From Bilabrum cf. latius (lineage: Eukaryota), in contig OZ237752.1 of the NCBI GenBank assembly GCA_965178125.1, forward strand, positions 372,001 through 436,000: DNA of 64,000 nucleotides, read 5' to 3'. How positions within the stretch are numbered: position 1 is the stretch's first letter; the number at the start of each line of letters is the position of its first letter. The notes beneath the pieces were generated by a model. It saw nothing but the letters and a program-made list of their open reading frames with translations. It had not been told where the DNA came from and did not search any database. Below are positions 61,902 through 64,000 of this stretch, one piece after another. Position numbers and translations under genes: made by a program.

Positions 61902-63623
61902 ATGCGGACGGTATTGGCGGTTTCAGCGTGTATGTCACTTGCTTTTGCGAGTATCCCTACACTTGTATCTATTCCTGGCCAAGGAAAAGTGCAGGGCGCA
62001 GAGTCCGCTGGAGTCTAGTCTTGGCTCGGAGTCCCGTTCGCTGCAGATACTGCAGGCGCCAATAGGTTCCTGCCCCCCAAGCCGCGGCCAGCATGGAGCG
62101 GCGTGATTGATGCTACCAAGTACGGGCCGGGGTGCCCGAGTATCCATCACAACCCGGACGTTCCGGCAGTTACCACAGAAGACTGCTTAAACGTCAATAT
62201 TTATCGCCCAGCGAGTTCGAATGAGCAGCTTCCGGTAGGCCTTTTCATCTATGGCGGTTCATTTGCGGAGGGAAGCAACCAAGGCCCATTTGGGATCTAC
62301 AACGGCTCTTACATGGCCGGTAAGCACGGGATTCTTGTCATCGAGGTCAACTAGTGAGTATCTTGGCGGTGCAGCTTTTGTTCTGTTTTTGTGTTTGGCA
62401 ACAAATCATTGTATTTGACCCATCTGCGCTTTGTTCGCAGCCGCCTGGGCGCGCTTGGAAACGTCGTGATCGGTGAGGATGGCAGCGGCGCGGCGGGCAA
62501 CATGGACCTTCTGGACCAGCGATTCTGCATGCAGTGGGTGCAGCAAAACATCCACCTGTTCGGCGGAGATCCGAACTAGGTCACCATCTGGGGCGAGAGC
62601 GCAGGGGCGATGAGCGTGGGCATCCACCTCGTCTCGCCGGGCAGCCGCGGCCTATTCCGGGCCGCCATCCAGGAGAGCAACCCCGTCGGGATGATGTACA
62701 GGAACACGAGCGGCGCCTCTCTGTACGGAGCCACCTTTTGCGACCTCGCGGGGTGCCAGCCGGGTGGTCCCACCGCCAAGTGCGACATGGAGTGCCTCAG
62801 GGAGAAGCCGCTCGACACGATCCAGCAGGCGTGGAAGAAGGCTTCCGATGACGTGGGCGACTTTATCCTGAGCGACTGGGGACACCTGCTGGATGGAATC
62901 CTGGAGGGGAAGCCCACGGTGGACGGAAAGATCGTCCCCGGCGAGCCAGTGACGCTGTTGAACGAGGGGAAAGCCGCCGACGTGCCGGTGCTCGTAGGAT
63001 CGAACGGGGCAGAGGGCGCCACATTCATCTACGCTGCGCTGGAGCAGCCGCTCGAGTGCATCTTGTACAGCCTGGCGCTAGACGTGATTCTGGGCTTCGA
63101 TGACTCCGGCATGGTGCAGAACAGGACGGACTACTCCCCCAGCATCGGGAACTTTTCCGACTGCAGGCCGCAGTTTGGGCGCGCCGTCACTGACTGGTGG
63201 TTCGGTTGCGGCCTGACGAACTTCGCGCGGGGTGCGACAGCCGCTGGCAGCCGCGCGTTCGTTTACGAGTACACCCACGTGTTCTCCGGGGCGCGCATTT
63301 TCCCCAAGTTCGGCCTTCCCGTGCAGTGCGAGACGCAGTGCTGCCACGCCCCCGAGCTGCCCTTTGTGTTCGGGAACGACGTCCCCTCGCTGAACGCGAC
63401 CTTCACTCCCAAGGAGCAGGTGCTCACGGAGCAGATGCAGGCGTACTGGGCGTCGTTCATCAAGCACATGGACCCGAACGTGGACCGCGTGTCCGGGTCT
63501 CCCCAGTGGCCCGTGTGGGACGAGCAGCACCAGTCGGTGCTTCGGCTGGACACCCCTGCCCCCACCGTGACGAACCATTCCGATCTGTGCCATTTCTGGG
63601 ATGGCGTGGGGTACGAGCACTGA
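61902..63623 (+). CDS. Secreted type-B carboxylesterase/cholinesterase-family hydrolase
   Basis: Exons 61902-62353 and 62441-63623 (TGA). Signal peptide, [27 protein letters not shown][TAG][15 protein letters not shown]. TAGs at 62016 and 62577. Confidence 0.9.
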
Positions 63624-64000
63624 ATATTGAGAGCTCGGACATTCCCCGCTCATGCTGCTTGCGTTTTGAGTGCGTTGACACACGAGTGGCGTCCTCGGGT
63701 GACGCGGCGGCAGCTCAGCGAGCTACGGGCACGGTTCCCGTCGCTGAAGCGGGCGTCGCCGCGTGGGTAGGGCTGCTGATTGCAAAACACAAGACTGATA
63801 TTAGTTAGCAAGCGATGCACGAAAGCGTCGCGCGACCGCAGGCTCGGTCCGCGGTTGCGACCGGCGGGCCGGCAATCGGTTTCGCTCAATCGAATAGGCA
63901 TTTTAGGAGCTCGACATGCAACCTGCGAGCGGTTCAGATACCATGAATTTACCCCCACTCAGAGCAATTCTTGGGGTTGGATCCTACGGCAAGTAGCGCG

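Noticed and set aside
62352-62354. Apparent in-frame TAG in the esterase
   Set aside because: It is TA|gt at a splice donor. Splicing gives TAC (NYRLG), so it was not counted.

Overview
GC-rich eukaryotic nuclear DNA with GT-AG introns. The gene repertoire suggests a heterotrophic protist, probably a stramenopile (inference). Three main results. (1) Non-standard genetic code: I count about 47 in-frame TAG codons in otherwise intact genes. Many sit at conserved Gln positions (Rab DTAG-Q-E, esterase GGDPN-Q-VT, MIB/HERC2 WGx-Q-D, FG-GAP GFTG-Q-LD, LRR N-Q-L). Genes end in TGA or, more rarely, TAA, so UAG appears to mean Gln while UAA stays a stop. The supplied ORF track is fragmented for this reason. 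(2) Two tandem paralogous ankyrin genes (2.2-25.4 kb) are built from arrays of 7 and 10 symmetric one-repeat cassette exons. The cassettes lie in homologous introns and vary mainly at the predicted ligand-binding residues, which looks like an exon-shuffling receptor system. (3) The C-terminal module of these genes is shared with a neighbouring ankyrin gene and an LRR gene. Also present: a CRE-like RLE non-LTR retrotransposon using the same code, with stacked 3' ends in (TC)n tracts; a Ser/Thr kinase and two truncated copies; an NDUFA7-like gene; Rab21; a secreted beta-helix protein; an FkbM pseudogene; a ~4170-aa FG-GAP/IPT multi-TM surface protein; an 8xMIB/HERC2-2xSPRY-kinase; and a carboxylesterase. 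All gene models were built by eye, so exon borders may be off by a few nt.
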